Part shown: positions 18,498 through 28,816 of the stretch, piece after piece
How the letters are laid out: every line of letters begins with the position of its first letter
Position numbering within the stretch: the stretch's first letter is position 1
Assembly (NCBI GenBank): GCA_951812735.1
Contig: OX638332.1
Coordinates: 1,469,928-1,533,927, forward strand
From: Candidatus Dadabacteria bacterium
GTDB taxonomy: Bacteria; Desulfobacterota_D; UBA1144; Nemesobacterales; Nemesobacteraceae
Length of the DNA: 64,000 nucleotides
Direction: 5' to 3'
Position numbers and translations under genes: made by a program
The notes under the pieces: generated by a model
Databases searched by the model: none
What the model was told of the DNA's origin: nothing
What the model saw: the letters and a program-made list of their open reading frames with translations, nothing else

Positions 18498-19358
18498 GTG
18501 ACTCTCAAGTACAAGGGCGACGGGGTGTTTCTTCGCTCGATAATAAGCGCACAGACCGGAAACTGTCCAGAGGACTGCTCATTCTGCTCACAGTCGGCCC
18601 ATTTCGATACCGAGGTTGAGGCTCACCCGCTAATGGCGGCGGAGAGGATACTAGGGGCCGCGAGGCAGGCTGAGAAGATGGGCGCCATGGATTTCTGCAT
18701 AGTCATAAGCGCCAAGGGCCCGACGCCCAGGATATTCAAAAAGGTTCTCGAAGCCGTTGATCTTCTCTGCGCGGAAACTAACCTCAAGGTCGGCTGCTCC
18801 CTGGGGGATCTCACGAGGGAACAGGCCTATGAGCTCAGGGACCACGGGGTGTGGAGATACAACCACAACATCGAGACCTGCAGGAGCCATTTTCCCAGCA
18901 TATGCACAACCCACAGCTACGACGACAGGCTCAAGACCGCTCTTCTGGTGAAGGAAACCGGCATGAATCTCTGCTCGGGCGGCATACTCGGCATGGGGGA
19001 GACCATGCGCCAGAGAATGGAGTTCGCTTTCGAGATAAGGGACCTTAACCCCACGTGGGTTCCGATAAATTTCCTTGACCCGAGACCCGGAACCCCGTTT
19101 GAGAACCTTGAGACCATACAGCCGCTTGAAGCCGTAAGAACCATCTCGATTTACAGGCTCGCGCTTCCGGACAAGATAATAATGACTGCAGGGGGAAGGG
19201 AAGTTACGCTTCGCGACCTCCAGGCGATGGGTCTTGTGGCGGGGGCAAACGCCATGATCCTCGGCAACTACCTTACCACTCCCGGGCGCTCGCCTCGAGA
19301 CGACCTCCGGATGCTTGATGACCTGCAGATGCCGGTCAGGAAGGAAATCCTGAACTAG
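18498..19358 (+). CDS. bioB: biotin synthase (radical SAM)
   Basis: 'TGNCPEDCSFCSQSAHF' CxxxCxxC radical-SAM motif in a BioB-like fold. The annotated GTG start has no usable RBS and leaves the N-terminus short. The in-frame region back to GTG 18294 encodes a BioB-like N-terminus. Confidence 0.85.
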   Translation: MTLKYKGDGVFLRSIISAQTGNCPEDCSFCSQSAHFDTEVEAHPLMAAERILGAARQAEKMGAMDFCIVISAKGPTPRIFKKVLEAVDLLCAETNLKVGCSLGDLTREQAYELRDHGVWRYNHNIETCRSHFPSICTTHSYDDRLKTALLVKETGMNLCSGGILGMGETMRQRMEFAFEIRDLNPTWVPINFLDPRPGTPFENLETIQPLEAVRTISIYRLALPDKIIMTAGGREVTLRDLQAMGLVAGANAMILGNYLTTPGRSPRDDLRMLDDLQMPVRKEILN

Positions 19359-19429
19359 CCTCGTCCCCGCGATTTCGTTATATTCTTCCCACTAGGGGCC
19401 TCTTTCAAAACGGTTCCAGACAAACCAAG

Positions 19430-20788
19430 ATGAGTGACAGATCAAAACAGATAGGATCCTACGACAGGGAATTCGTCTGGCATCCGTTTACCCAGATGAA
19501 GGATTACGCGCGCACAGATCCCATAGTGATCGAGCGCGCTGAGGGCTCCTACCTAATAGATTCCGAGGGAAAAAGGTATATAGACGGCGTCTCCTCCCTT
19601 TGGGTAAACATCCACGGCCACGCGGTGCCCGAGATCGACGGAGCCATAAAAAAACAGCTTGAGCTTGTAAGCCACAGCACTCTCCTCGGCATAACCAACC
19701 CTCCGGCCGCCGAGCTTGCCAAGGAGCTTGTGGAAATCTGTCCCCCGGGACTCAAGAAGGTCTTTTACTCGGGCGACGGGGCAAGCGCCGTCGAGGTTGC
19801 GCTCAAGATGGCGTTTCAGTACTGGTCCCACAAGGGCAGGCCGGAGAAAAAGGCGTTTTTGTGTCTTGATAACGGTTACCACGGCGATACGCTTGGGGCC
19901 GTCTCGGTCGGGGGAATCGACATTTTCCACAAGGCTTTCTCCCCGCTTCTGTTCAAGACCTTAAGGGCTCCTTCCTATTACTGCTACAGGTGTCCGCTTG
20001 GAGAGACTTGGCCTGGATGCGGGATTGCGTGCGCGGATGAGATGGGGGAGATACTGAGGGAGAACCACGAGGAAATAGCCGCCGTCATACTTGAGCCGTG
20101 CGTTCAAGCCGCGGGCGGGATGGTGGTGGCTCCAGACGGCTATCTCGCGAAAGTGAGAGAGTACTGCACTCGCTACGACGTGCTCATGATAGTTGACGAG
20201 GTGGCTACGGGTTTCGGCAGAACGGGGAAGATGTTCGCGTGCGAACATGACGGGGTAACGCCCGACATGATGGTTTTGGGAAAGGGGATGACGGGGGGAT
20301 ACCTTCCGCTCTCAGCGACTCTGACGACCGACGAGATATACGAGGAGTTCCTTGGAGACTATGAGGAATTTAAGACTTTCTTTCACGGCCACAGCTACTC
20401 GGGCAACCCTCTTTCATGCGCGGCCGCGATGGGAAATCTCGAGGCTTTTAGAAATAACGACACACTGGACTCCCTTTCGGAAAAAACGGAGTTCCTAGAG
20501 AACGAGCTTCGTGAATTCGAGGGTCTCTCCCACGTCGGGAACGTGAGAAACAAGGGGCTTATGGTCGGAATCGAGCTTGTGAGCGACAAGAAAACGAAAA
20601 AGTCCTACGAGGCGGCTGAGAGAATGGGGTGGCGGGTCTCCGAAGAAGCTCTTTCGCACGAGGTTCTCATAAGACCGCTTGGGGACGTGGTAGTGCTTAT
20701 GCCTCCCGTGGGAATCGGGATGGACGATCTCGCGAAGCTTCTGCGGGCGACCTATCTCTCCATAAAAAAAATTACTGAAGAGGGTTAG
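19430..20788 (+). CDS. bioA: adenosylmethionine-8-amino-7-oxononanoate aminotransferase
   Basis: PLP aminotransferase class III with BioA-typical 'FVWHPFTQM', 'YSGDGASAVEVALKMA' and 'DEVATGFGRTG'. Confidence 0.9.
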   Translation: MSDRSKQIGSYDREFVWHPFTQMKDYARTDPIVIERAEGSYLIDSEGKRYIDGVSSLWVNIHGHAVPEIDGAIKKQLELVSHSTLLGITNPPAAELAKELVEICPPGLKKVFYSGDGASAVEVALKMAFQYWSHKGRPEKKAFLCLDNGYHGDTLGAVSVGGIDIFHKAFSPLLFKTLRAPSYYCYRCPLGETWPGCGIACADEMGEILRENHEEIAAVILEPCVQAAGGMVVAPDGYLAKVREYCTRYDVLMIVDEVATGFGRTGKMFACEHDGVTPDMMVLGKGMTGGYLPLSATLTTDEIYEEFLGDYEEFKTFFHGHSYSGNPLSCAAAMGNLEAFRNNDTLDSLSEKTEFLENELREFEGLSHVGNVRNKGLMVGIELVSDKKTKKSYEAAERMGWRVSEEALSHEVLIRPLGDVVVLMPPVGIGMDDLAKLLRATYLSIKKITEEG

Positions 20789-21984
20789 TGCGGATGGAAG
20801 CCCCCGATTCTCTTGAGTGGATAGAAGATGAGTTAAGGGCCATCCGGGGAAAGAATCTTTTCAGGACGCTTACGGAAATCTCCTCGGGCCAGTCCCCCGA
20901 AATACTGATCGGCGGGAAAAAGCACATACTCCTTGCCTCCAATAACTACCTGGGTCTTTCAACCGACCCGAGGGTGATGGAGGCGGCTGCCCAGGCCCTT
21001 TCAAAATACGGAACGGGCTCCGGAGGTTCAAGGCTCGTAAGCGGAAGCTCAGACCTTCACGCAGAGCTTGAGAGGAGGATAGCGGAGTTCAAATCAACCG
21101 AGTCAGCGATTCTTTTCTCAAGCGGCTATCTAGCGAATGTGGGAACGATCGCCGCGCTTGTCGGGGAAGGGGACACCGTGTTCAGCGACGAGCTTAACCA
21201 CGCTTCCATAATAGACGGCTGCAGGCTGTCGCGGGCCACGGTAGAGGTCTATCCCCATCTTGACACAGACGGCCTCAATCGCATGGTTTCCCGAAGTCAA
21301 GGTAGCGGAAAGAAACTCATAGTCACGGACACGGTGTTCAGCATGGACGGGGATCTTACGGACCTCGGGGAGATCTGCTCGATCTCAGAGCGCTACGGCT
21401 GCATGCTAATGGTGGATGAGGCCCACGCCATGGGAGTTCTCGGGGAAAAGGGAAGCGGGGCTACCGAGCATTTCGGGGTCGAGGACAGGGTTCCCGTGGT
21501 CATGGGCACCCTTTCAAAAGCCGTAGGTTCCGTGGGCGGATACGTGGCCGGCAGCCGAAGCCTAGTCGACTTCATCCGAAACAGGGTGAGAAGCTACATT
21601 TTCGATACGTCCCTTCCCGCGGCCTCTCTTGCCGCTTCAATCGAGGCGATCGGCATCATAGAGGGCGAACCGCAGAGAAGAAAGCATCTGATGGATCTTG
21701 TGGATACGTTCAAGGCGGGACTTTCCGACATTGGGTATAACGTGCTTCCGTCCCAAAGCGCGATCGTGCCCGTGTTGACGGGGGAACCGGAAGCTACACT
21801 AGAGCTGGCCTCGGCGCTTCGCGAGCGGGGAATCTACACTCCGGCCGTAAGGCCTCCCTCGGTTCCCGCCGGAAAATGCAGGATAAGGGCGTCGCTTATG
21901 GCTACCCACACGGAAGATCACATATCGCGGGTGCTTTCGGGGTTCAGGGCAGCGAGTTCGCTTGTGAGCAGCTCTAGTATCTGA
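20788..21984 (+). CDS. bioF: 8-amino-7-oxononanoate synthase
   Basis: 'LLASNNYLGLSTDP' and PLP-lysine context 'GTLSKAVGSVGGYVAG'. Overlaps the bioA stop. Confidence 0.85.
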   Translation: MRMEAPDSLEWIEDELRAIRGKNLFRTLTEISSGQSPEILIGGKKHILLASNNYLGLSTDPRVMEAAAQALSKYGTGSGGSRLVSGSSDLHAELERRIAEFKSTESAILFSSGYLANVGTIAALVGEGDTVFSDELNHASIIDGCRLSRATVEVYPHLDTDGLNRMVSRSQGSGKKLIVTDTVFSMDGDLTDLGEICSISERYGCMLMVDEAHAMGVLGEKGSGATEHFGVEDRVPVVMGTLSKAVGSVGGYVAGSRSLVDFIRNRVRSYIFDTSLPAASLAASIEAIGIIEGEPQRRKHLMDLVDTFKAGLSDIGYNVLPSQSAIVPVLTGEPEATLELASALRERGIYTPAVRPPSVPAGKCRIRASLMATHTEDHISRVLSGFRAASSLVSSSSI

Positions 21985-23073
21985 GGTTGTAGGTCTGCGG
22001 TTCCCGACAACCTTTAACGGGAACGGTCGGGACATCAAACAGGTTACGGACTATGAAGGCCTTTGGAGCTTCGATCAGTTCCCTGATGTCGTCTACAAAT
22101 CCTCCCGAAGTGGCGTAGCCCACTCCGTCGTTTGCAAGGTCGTGGTTTACGGTCCCGCCTGAAAACTCGCCGTCCCTCTGGGCCTTGACGATGTTGTAAA
22201 CGGCCGTGTCCACCCTTTTAAGCATCGAGGTCAGTATGTATTCCCGCACGGGTTCATCCGCGGTATTGTACTGGTCCGAGTCGACGCCTATGGCCCAGAC
22301 CTTGGAATTGCCTTGCTGCTCGCTGAATTCCCTGGCCGCCTCGAAAAGCCCCGCTCCCGAACTCCCGGAGGCGTGAAAAACGATATCCGAACCACCGCTG
22401 AACATGCCTTCCGCCACTTCCTTGGCCTTGTCCGGGCTGAAGAAGCCGCTCATGTCGGGTGGTTCGTCAGGATTCTGCGGGTCGGAGAACTGGGAGAGAT
22501 ATGCCGTTTCGACCTCAATATTCCTGTTAATCCCTTTTACCATTGCTAAAACGCCTGAGACGAATCCGGCCTCGAACTTTTCAATGAGCCTGTCCGGGGT
22601 GCCGCATCCCCCTCCTATGAAGCCCACTTTTCTTGTTCCGGTTACAAGAGCGGCCGCGACGCCCACGAGAAAGGAGCCCTCGGCCTCGTTAAAGACCAGG
22701 CTTGCGAAATTCTCTGGCGCGTTCTCTCCCCGCAGGATGTTTATACCCGAAAAATTGGTGTCAGGGTTGGCGGCCGCGATTTTCTTTATTGAATCCTCAA
22801 ATGAAAATCCGACAGCTATTACCAGATCATTGTCATCGGCCAGAGACTGAAGCAATTCCTCGCGGTCTGTTTCCGTTCCGTCGATCGTTTTTCGCTTACC
22901 ACAGCTCCGAGTTCCTCCTTGGCTCTTTTAATGCCCTCATAGGCAGAATCGTTGAATGATCCGTCACCTTTTCCCACGGTGTCATAGACAATTCCGACCC
23001 TGGGAACGCTCTTGTCTCCGGAACCGTCCTCATCGCCGCACGAGAGAAGTGCAAAAGACAGAAACAGTGCCAA
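21974..23073 (-). pseudogene. BMP-family (Med/PnrA-like) ABC transporter substrate-binding lipoprotein, frameshifted in a T3/A3 homopolymer near 22878-22880
   Basis: The N-terminal ORF (lipobox 'LSFALLSCG', 'VGIVYDTVGKGDGSFNDSAYEGIKRAKEELG') and the C-terminal ORF ('DLVIAVGFSFEDSI...') are contiguous BMP-family sequence. Adding one A restores '...VVSEKRSTERKTDREELLQSLADD...'. Confidence 0.7.
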
Positions 23074-23375
23074 GGGCGCGATAAGTGCGAAGGTGTTTAA
23101 TCTCGGGGTTCATCTTACGGTTTTTCCGGTCATTTTTTCCTCCGATCAGGTTCTTGAAAAAAGATTGCGCTGGCGCTGCCGCCGCGAAAGCTGCTCCCGC
23201 AGCGAAGACATGGAACGGGGACAATTATATATGAGGACAAAGAGGATTACACCCAAGAGCGGGGAAAAACCCATACGGCATTTAAAGCCCCCTGTCTTGC
23301 TTCAGGACGTGTTTGACATGCGGCTGGTATTACTCTAGAGTTTAGCGAAACGGCAATTGGAGGATATCTGTTCTG

Positions 23376-24173
23376 ATGGATTGGGGCATGAAAAACAGGA
23401 TGGCCCGTATTATAAGGCCAGATACCGGGAGGGCGGTCATGCTCGCCCTTGACCACGGCTACTTCCTTGGCCCAACCCACCGCCTCGAGGTCCCCGAGGA
23501 AACCATAACCCCCCTTCTTCCTTACGCGGACACCATAATGCTCACAAGAGGAGTGCTGAGAACCTCGGTCGATCCCGACTCGGGAGCCAACGTGGTGCTG
23601 AGGGTCTCCGGGGGAACGAGCGTCGCGGGCCCGCACCTTGAGGACGAGGGCATTACCGTAGATTTCGAGGAGGCGATAAGGCTTAATGTCGCGGGAGTAG
23701 GGCTCTCTGTTTTTGTCGGAACAGAATTTGAGAGACAAACGCTTCTGGGGCTCTCAGAGCTTGTGAATCAGGGGGAGAAGTACGGAATTCCGGTTCTCGG
23801 GATAACGGCTGTCGGAAAAGAGCTTGAGAAAAGGGACTCAAGATATCTCGCGCTTTGCTGCAGGATATGCGCTGAGCTAGGGGCGCGCATTGTTAAGACC
23901 TATTACTGCGAGGATTTCGAGAAAGTGACCACCAGTTGTCCGGTTCCCATAGTAATCGCGGGCGGTCCGAAGCTTGACACCGAAATGGATGTTTTCAACA
24001 TGACTCACGAGGCGATATCAAGGGGCGCTGCGGGAGTGGACATGGGAAGAAACATATGGCAGCGCGACAACCCGGTCGCGATTATGAGGGCGATCCGCGG
24101 TATCGTTCACGAGAACATGACCCCGAAGCAGGCCCACGAGCTTTTCACGGAACTAAAAGAACAAAGTTCCTAA
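23376..24173 (+). CDS. class I aldolase of the DhnA/FbaB/ADH-synthase family
   Basis: 'AVMLALDHGYFLGP' and 'IVKTYY' Schiff-base lysine context typical of DhnA-type TIM-barrel aldolases. Confidence 0.65.
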   Translation: MDWGMKNRMARIIRPDTGRAVMLALDHGYFLGPTHRLEVPEETITPLLPYADTIMLTRGVLRTSVDPDSGANVVLRVSGGTSVAGPHLEDEGITVDFEEAIRLNVAGVGLSVFVGTEFERQTLLGLSELVNQGEKYGIPVLGITAVGKELEKRDSRYLALCCRICAELGARIVKTYYCEDFEKVTTSCPVPIVIAGGPKLDTEMDVFNMTHEAISRGAAGVDMGRNIWQRDNPVAIMRAIRGIVHENMTPKQAHELFTELKEQSS

Positions 24174-24174
24174 C

Positions 24175-25194
24175 ATGCTTGCCGCAGTCTACCACACAAA
24201 CAGTGACGTAAGGATTGAGGAATTTCCCCGCCCCGAGCCGGGCGAGGGAGAGATACTGATCAGGATAAGAGCAAGCGGAATCTGCGGAAGCGATCTTATG
24301 GAGTGGTACAGGGTGCCGAAGGCTCCTTTGGTGCTGGGTCACGAGATTGCCGGGGAAGTGGTCGAAACAGGGCCGGGGGTGGGCAGATTCCGGGCGGGCG
24401 ACAGGGTCATAGCCACCCATCACGTTCCCTGTGGGGAGTGCCGTTACTGCCTTACCGACAGGCACACTAACTGTCCCATGATAAGGAAGTCGGGGTTTAA
24501 CCCTGGCGGCTTTTCAGAGTACCTGTGTGTAGCGCCGCCAAACGTTGAGCGGGGCGTTTTTCATCTTCCGGAAAATGTTTCCTTTGAGGAAGGGTCGTTC
24601 ACAGAACCTCTTGGCTGCGTTACGAGAGCGGTCCGGGCGGTAGGGCTGAGGCCTGGGGAGAGCGTAACAATTCTCGGAAGCGGCACGGCAGGGCTTTTGT
24701 GTCTCCAGTATGTTCTTCATCTTGGCGCCGGGCCGGTCTTTGCGACCGATTCAAATGAATTCAAGCTTCGCAAGGCCATTGAGTTCGGGGCCACTTTAGC
24801 TTTTGACTCCGGCAAGGACATCGCTTCGCTTGTAAGAGAGAACAACTCGGGATATCTCTCTGACATGGTGATAGTTTGTACCGGGGCCCAGGCTGCGATC
24901 AAAAGCGCTTTCGAACTTGTTTCTCCGTCTGGGAAAATCCTTTTTTTCGCTCCTTCCGATCCGGAATTTACCCTTGATTTCCCCTTTAACGAATACTGGT
25001 GGTCGGGAGTGCGGGTCGTAAGTTCCTACGCGGCGGCTCCCGGGGACCTGCAAGACGCCCTCTCTCTAATAGAAAAAGGGGCTATTGACGTAGGGAAGAT
25101 GATTACCCACAGGTTTTCCTTGGAGGATATACAGAAAGGCTTCACCCTTGCCGAGAATCCCGAGGAAAGTCTCAAGATCATGATAAACCCCTGA
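24175..25194 (+). CDS. zinc-dependent medium-chain dehydrogenase (threonine/sorbitol dehydrogenase-like)
   Basis: 'GICGSDLMEWY', 'GHEIAGEV' and the structural-Zn cysteines 'CGECRYCLTDRHTNC'. Confidence 0.75.
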   Translation: MLAAVYHTNSDVRIEEFPRPEPGEGEILIRIRASGICGSDLMEWYRVPKAPLVLGHEIAGEVVETGPGVGRFRAGDRVIATHHVPCGECRYCLTDRHTNCPMIRKSGFNPGGFSEYLCVAPPNVERGVFHLPENVSFEEGSFTEPLGCVTRAVRAVGLRPGESVTILGSGTAGLLCLQYVLHLGAGPVFATDSNEFKLRKAIEFGATLAFDSGKDIASLVRENNSGYLSDMVIVCTGAQAAIKSAFELVSPSGKILFFAPSDPEFTLDFPFNEYWWSGVRVVSSYAAAPGDLQDALSLIEKGAIDVGKMITHRFSLEDIQKGFTLAENPEESLKIMINP

Positions 25195-25263
25195 TGGTGT
25201 ATCCTGCGCGCTTGCAATTATTTTAAGCCGTATATAATATGGCAAACTGCGAGGAGGCTTATC

Positions 25264-25506
25264 ATGTCTGCCAAAGGATCGGTTTTCAAAAACAACGGAA
25301 CTCAAACTGTCATGCTTTCCGATGAAGCGCGTTTTCCGGATAACGTCAAAGAAGTCATCGTACGAGTAGTCGGTCCTGACCGGGTGCTGTCGCCCGTTAA
25401 TCGCACTTGGGATGCGTTTTTTCTGTCGCAAGAGTGCGTAACGGATGATTTCATGGCTGAGAGAGATAGCCAGAAACAACAGGAAAGGGAACCGTTTGAT
25501 TCCTGA
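25264..25506 (+). CDS. vapB: VagC/VapB-type antitoxin (AbrB/SpoVT fold), apparently orphan
   Basis: 'SVFKNNGTQTVMLSDEARFPDNVKEVIVRVVGPDRVLSPVNRTWDAFF...DDFMAERDSQ' aligns with VagC from its N-terminus to the C-terminal FMAER motif. No PIN-domain ORF follows. Confidence 0.65.
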   Translation: MSAKGSVFKNNGTQTVMLSDEARFPDNVKEVIVRVVGPDRVLSPVNRTWDAFFLSQECVTDDFMAERDSQKQQEREPFDS

Positions 25507-25596
25507 AGTATTTATGTGAGCAATTCCAGCGGGCTTGGCGGTTGTTTAAGGCTTACGCTTGGATGAAGGGGTCAAAAGCACTTAAGATTGGTAATT

Positions 25597-26793
25597 CTAT
25601 CCGTTCTCTATTTCCTTTATCCTGTCAAGAATTTTGTTTGCAAGTTCGAACTTGCTCATGAGCGGAAGTTCTTCGATTCTCTCTCTGTCCACTAACCACG
25701 CGATATTGGTATCTTCCCCGAAGCCTGCCTGCGGGGCCGTAACGTCGTTTGCCACTATGAGGTCGAGATTCTTTTCGTCGAGCTTCTTTTTGGAGTTGTT
25801 GACGAGGTTTTCGGTTTCGGCGGCGAACCCCACCAGAATTCTGTCTTTTTTATCCTCCCCGAGCGATTTTAGTATGTCCCGGGTTTTCTTAAGGGGAATA
25901 GAGAGCTCTTTTTTCGATTTCTTTATCTTCTGCTCTGATTTCTCACAGGGCGAGTAGTCGCTTACGGCCGCCGATTTTATCACTATACCAGACCCCTCGA
26001 AGCGCTCGTGGATTCGCTCGTACATATCATCACAATCCGTTACCCGCACCACTTCCACTCCGTGGGGGTCAGGAAGGGAAGAGTGTGCCGAGACCAGGGT
26101 CGCCCGGGCTCCGCGAAGCCACCCCGCCCGGGCTATCGAGTAGCCCATCTTGCCGGTCGAGGGGTTGGATATGAATCTCACGGGATCTATGTGCTCCCTA
26201 GTCGCCCCGGCGCTCACCAGTATGTTCTCTCCCGCGTAGTCCTGCGGAGTGACCGCCTTCTGGACCTCAAGAGCGATAACGTCCGTTTCGGCAAGCCTCC
26301 CTCTGCCGGTCCACCCGCAGGCGAGATCTCCCTCGCCGGGTTCCACTATGGTGAATCCGTGGTGCCTCAGTTTTTCCATGTTTTCCTGAACTATTGAGTT
26401 TGAGTACATGTTCGAGTTCATGGCCGGGCAGATGATTACGGGAGCTTTTGTTGCCAGTATGACGGTTGCGAGCAGGCTGTCGGCTATTCCCGAAGCGATT
26501 TTGCCTATGAAGGACGCACTTGCGGGCGCGACCACTACTACATCGGCCTCGTCAGCGATTTTTATGTGACCTATCTCGGATTCTGAAGTCAGGTCAAAGA
26601 GGTTTGAGGCAACCTTGTTTCCCGAAAGAGTCTGGAGGGTTAGGGGGGTTATGAAGCGCTCGGCGTTTTTGGTCATTGCGCACCGCACCTCCGCCCCGTC
26701 TCTAACGAGAGATCTCACAAGTTCGCAGGACTTGTAGGCGGAGATGCCACCCGTTATTCCCACTACGACGTTTTTTCCACGAAGCAGTTCCAT
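25597..26793 (-). CDS. coaBC: bifunctional phosphopantothenoylcysteine decarboxylase/phosphopantothenate-cysteine ligase
   Basis: Flavoprotein N-domain 'GKNVVVGITGGISAYKS' and a CoaB C-domain, 398 aa. Confidence 0.9.
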   Translation of the reverse strand: MELLRGKNVVVGITGGISAYKSCELVRSLVRDGAEVRCAMTKNAERFITPLTLQTLSGNKVASNLFDLTSESEIGHIKIADEADVVVVAPASASFIGKIASGIADSLLATVILATKAPVIICPAMNSNMYSNSIVQENMEKLRHHGFTIVEPGEGDLACGWTGRGRLAETDVIALEVQKAVTPQDYAGENILVSAGATREHIDPVRFISNPSTGKMGYSIARAGWLRGARATLVSAHSSLPDPHGVEVVRVTDCDDMYERIHERFEGSGIVIKSAAVSDYSPCEKSEQKIKKSKKELSIPLKKTRDILKSLGEDKKDRILVGFAAETENLVNNSKKKLDEKNLDLIVANDVTAPQAGFGEDTNIAWLVDRERIEELPLMSKFELANKILDRIKEIENG

Positions 26794-26844
26794 AAAATAA
26801 AGTATATTGCCGCCTCGGAAATAGGCAATACGCAGGCCTCGGTC

Positions 26845-28548
26845 CTAGACCCCGTCGGTTACGGCCCCTTGGGAAGCGGAGGAGACAAGCCTTGAGTATT
26901 TTGCCAGCACGCCGGTTTCTTCCCTAGCCGCCGGTTTCTTCCAGGTTTTCTTTCTCCTTCCAAGCTCTTTTTTCGGCACGTTAAGAGTTATTTCCCTGCT
27001 TTCTGCGTCAATAGTGATCTCGTCCCCGTTCTTTATGAGCGCTAGGGTGCCGCCGTCAATTGCCTCTGGAGTTATGTGTCCTACAACAAAGCCGTGGGTT
27101 CCGCCTGAGAAACGCCCGTCTGTTATAAGCGCCACGTCTCCTCCCAGGCCCTTGCCCATTACAGCTGCGGTGGGCGCAAGCATCTCCCTCATCCCAGGTC
27201 CGCCCTTTGGGCCCTCGTACCTTACCACTATCACGTGTCCTTTTTTAACCCTGCCGTCTAGAATCGCCTTAAGACTCTGCTCCTCGGAGTTAAACACTAT
27301 CGCTTTTCCGGTAAAGGAGTTGCCTTCCTTGCCCGTTATCTTCGCCACCGCTCCTTCAGGCGCGATATTTCCCTTTAGAATAACTATATGGGCCGATTCT
27401 TTTATCGGGCTCTTTACCGGGTGAACTATTTTCTGTCCCCTGGGGTATCTTTTCACTCCCCGAAGGTTCTGCTTTAGGGTTTTTCCGGTCACCGTCATGC
27501 AGTCGCCGTGGAGAAATCCCTCGTCAAGGAGGATTCTAAGCAGGGGGGTGAGTCCCCCTATCTTGCAGAAATCAGACATCATGTACTGCCCGCTCGGCTT
27601 GAGATCGGCTAGAACAGGAACTTTTTTCCCGACTCTGGTGAAATCGTCTATGGTGAGTTTTACCCCCGCGGCGTTTGCCATGGCGAGCAGGTGAAGGACC
27701 GAGTTTGTTGAGCCTCCGAGCGCGACGACTACTGTTATGGCGTTTAGGAAGGCTTTTTTCGTCATTATGTCCCTGGGCGTTATGTTCTCCCTTATGAGGT
27801 TCACAACTGCCGCCCCTGCGTTTTTACAGTCAGCCACCTTGTCTTTTGAAACTGCCGCCTGGGCGGAGCTGTTCGGAAGACTCATCCCGAGGGCCTCTAT
27901 TGCCGAAGCCATGGTGTTCGCGGTGTACATCCCCCCGCAGGAACCGGCTCCGGGAATGGCGCAGGACTCAATCTCCTTTAATTCAGAATCGGTAATATCA
28001 TTGTTTGAGTGCGCTCCCACGGCTTCAAACACCGAGACGATGTCCACGTCCTTTCCCCTGTAGTTGCCCGGAAGTATCGTTCCGCCGTAGACGAACACAG
28101 AAGGTCTGTTGAGCCTTGCCATCGCCATGAGGCATCCGGGCATGTTCTTGTCGCATCCCCCTATGGCCACGATTCCGTCAAACCCTTCTCCTGCGGTCAC
28201 CGTTTCGATCGAGTCGGCGATGACTTCTCTGGATACGAGGGAGTATCTCATTCCCGGAGTCCCCATGGATATTCCGTCGGACACGGTAATGGTGTTAAAG
28301 ATTATGGACTTGCCCCCGGCCTTGTTCGCCCCCGCGGCCCCGTGTCTTGCAAGCTGGTCTATGTGCATGTTGCAGGGTGTTACCATGCTCCAGGTTGACG
28401 CTATTCCTACTACGGGTTTCTTAAAGTCTCTGTCGGTAAAGCCCACGGCCCTCAGCATGGAGCGGCTGGGTGCTCTGTGCGCCCCTTCCACGTAGATTGA
28501 AGAGTATTTTCTGGGGGTTTCTTTTTTCTTAGCGGTTTTCGTTGCCAA
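26845..28548 (-). CDS. ilvD: dihydroxy-acid dehydratase
   Basis: IlvD/EDD family with the Fe-S cysteine contexts 'CDKNMPG' and '[15 protein letters not shown]'. Confidence 0.9.
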   Translation of the reverse strand: MATKTAKKKETPRKYSSIYVEGAHRAPSRSMLRAVGFTDRDFKKPVVGIASTWSMVTPCNMHIDQLARHGAAGANKAGGKSIIFNTITVSDGISMGTPGMRYSLVSREVIADSIETVTAGEGFDGIVAIGGCDKNMPGCLMAMARLNRPSVFVYGGTILPGNYRGKDVDIVSVFEAVGAHSNNDITDSELKEIESCAIPGAGSCGGMYTANTMASAIEALGMSLPNSSAQAAVSKDKVADCKNAGAAVVNLIRENITPRDIMTKKAFLNAITVVVALGGSTNSVLHLLAMANAAGVKLTIDDFTRVGKKVPVLADLKPSGQYMMSDFCKIGGLTPLLRILLDEGFLHGDCMTVTGKTLKQNLRGVKRYPRGQKIVHPVKSPIKESAHIVILKGNIAPEGAVAKITGKEGNSFTGKAIVFNSEEQSLKAILDGRVKKGHVIVVRYEGPKGGPGMREMLAPTAAVMGKGLGGDVALITDGRFSGGTHGFVVGHITPEAIDGGTLALIKNGDEITIDAESREITLNVPKKELGRRKKTWKKPAAREETGVLAKYSRLVSSASQGAVTDGV

Positions 28549-28816
28549 TAGAGTATTCCTCCTTGTGTTGACCGTGCCGAGTTCAGCTGATCGATTATTC
28601 CGGTAAATTCTAACTTAAAATACACTTTCGCGCGATAACAGAAGGTCGGGGTCTTTCCCAGACTTATCCGGCACTTGCGATCAAGTCATTTGAGATATTC
28701 CGGCCGAAACCGAATACAGAAGAAATCAAGTTCCAAGAAAGTATTTAGCACTTAGCAGGAAAATACGGAATTAGTGATATTCGGTATGTTGCAATTCCAA
28801 ACCGTCGAAGTCGGAA

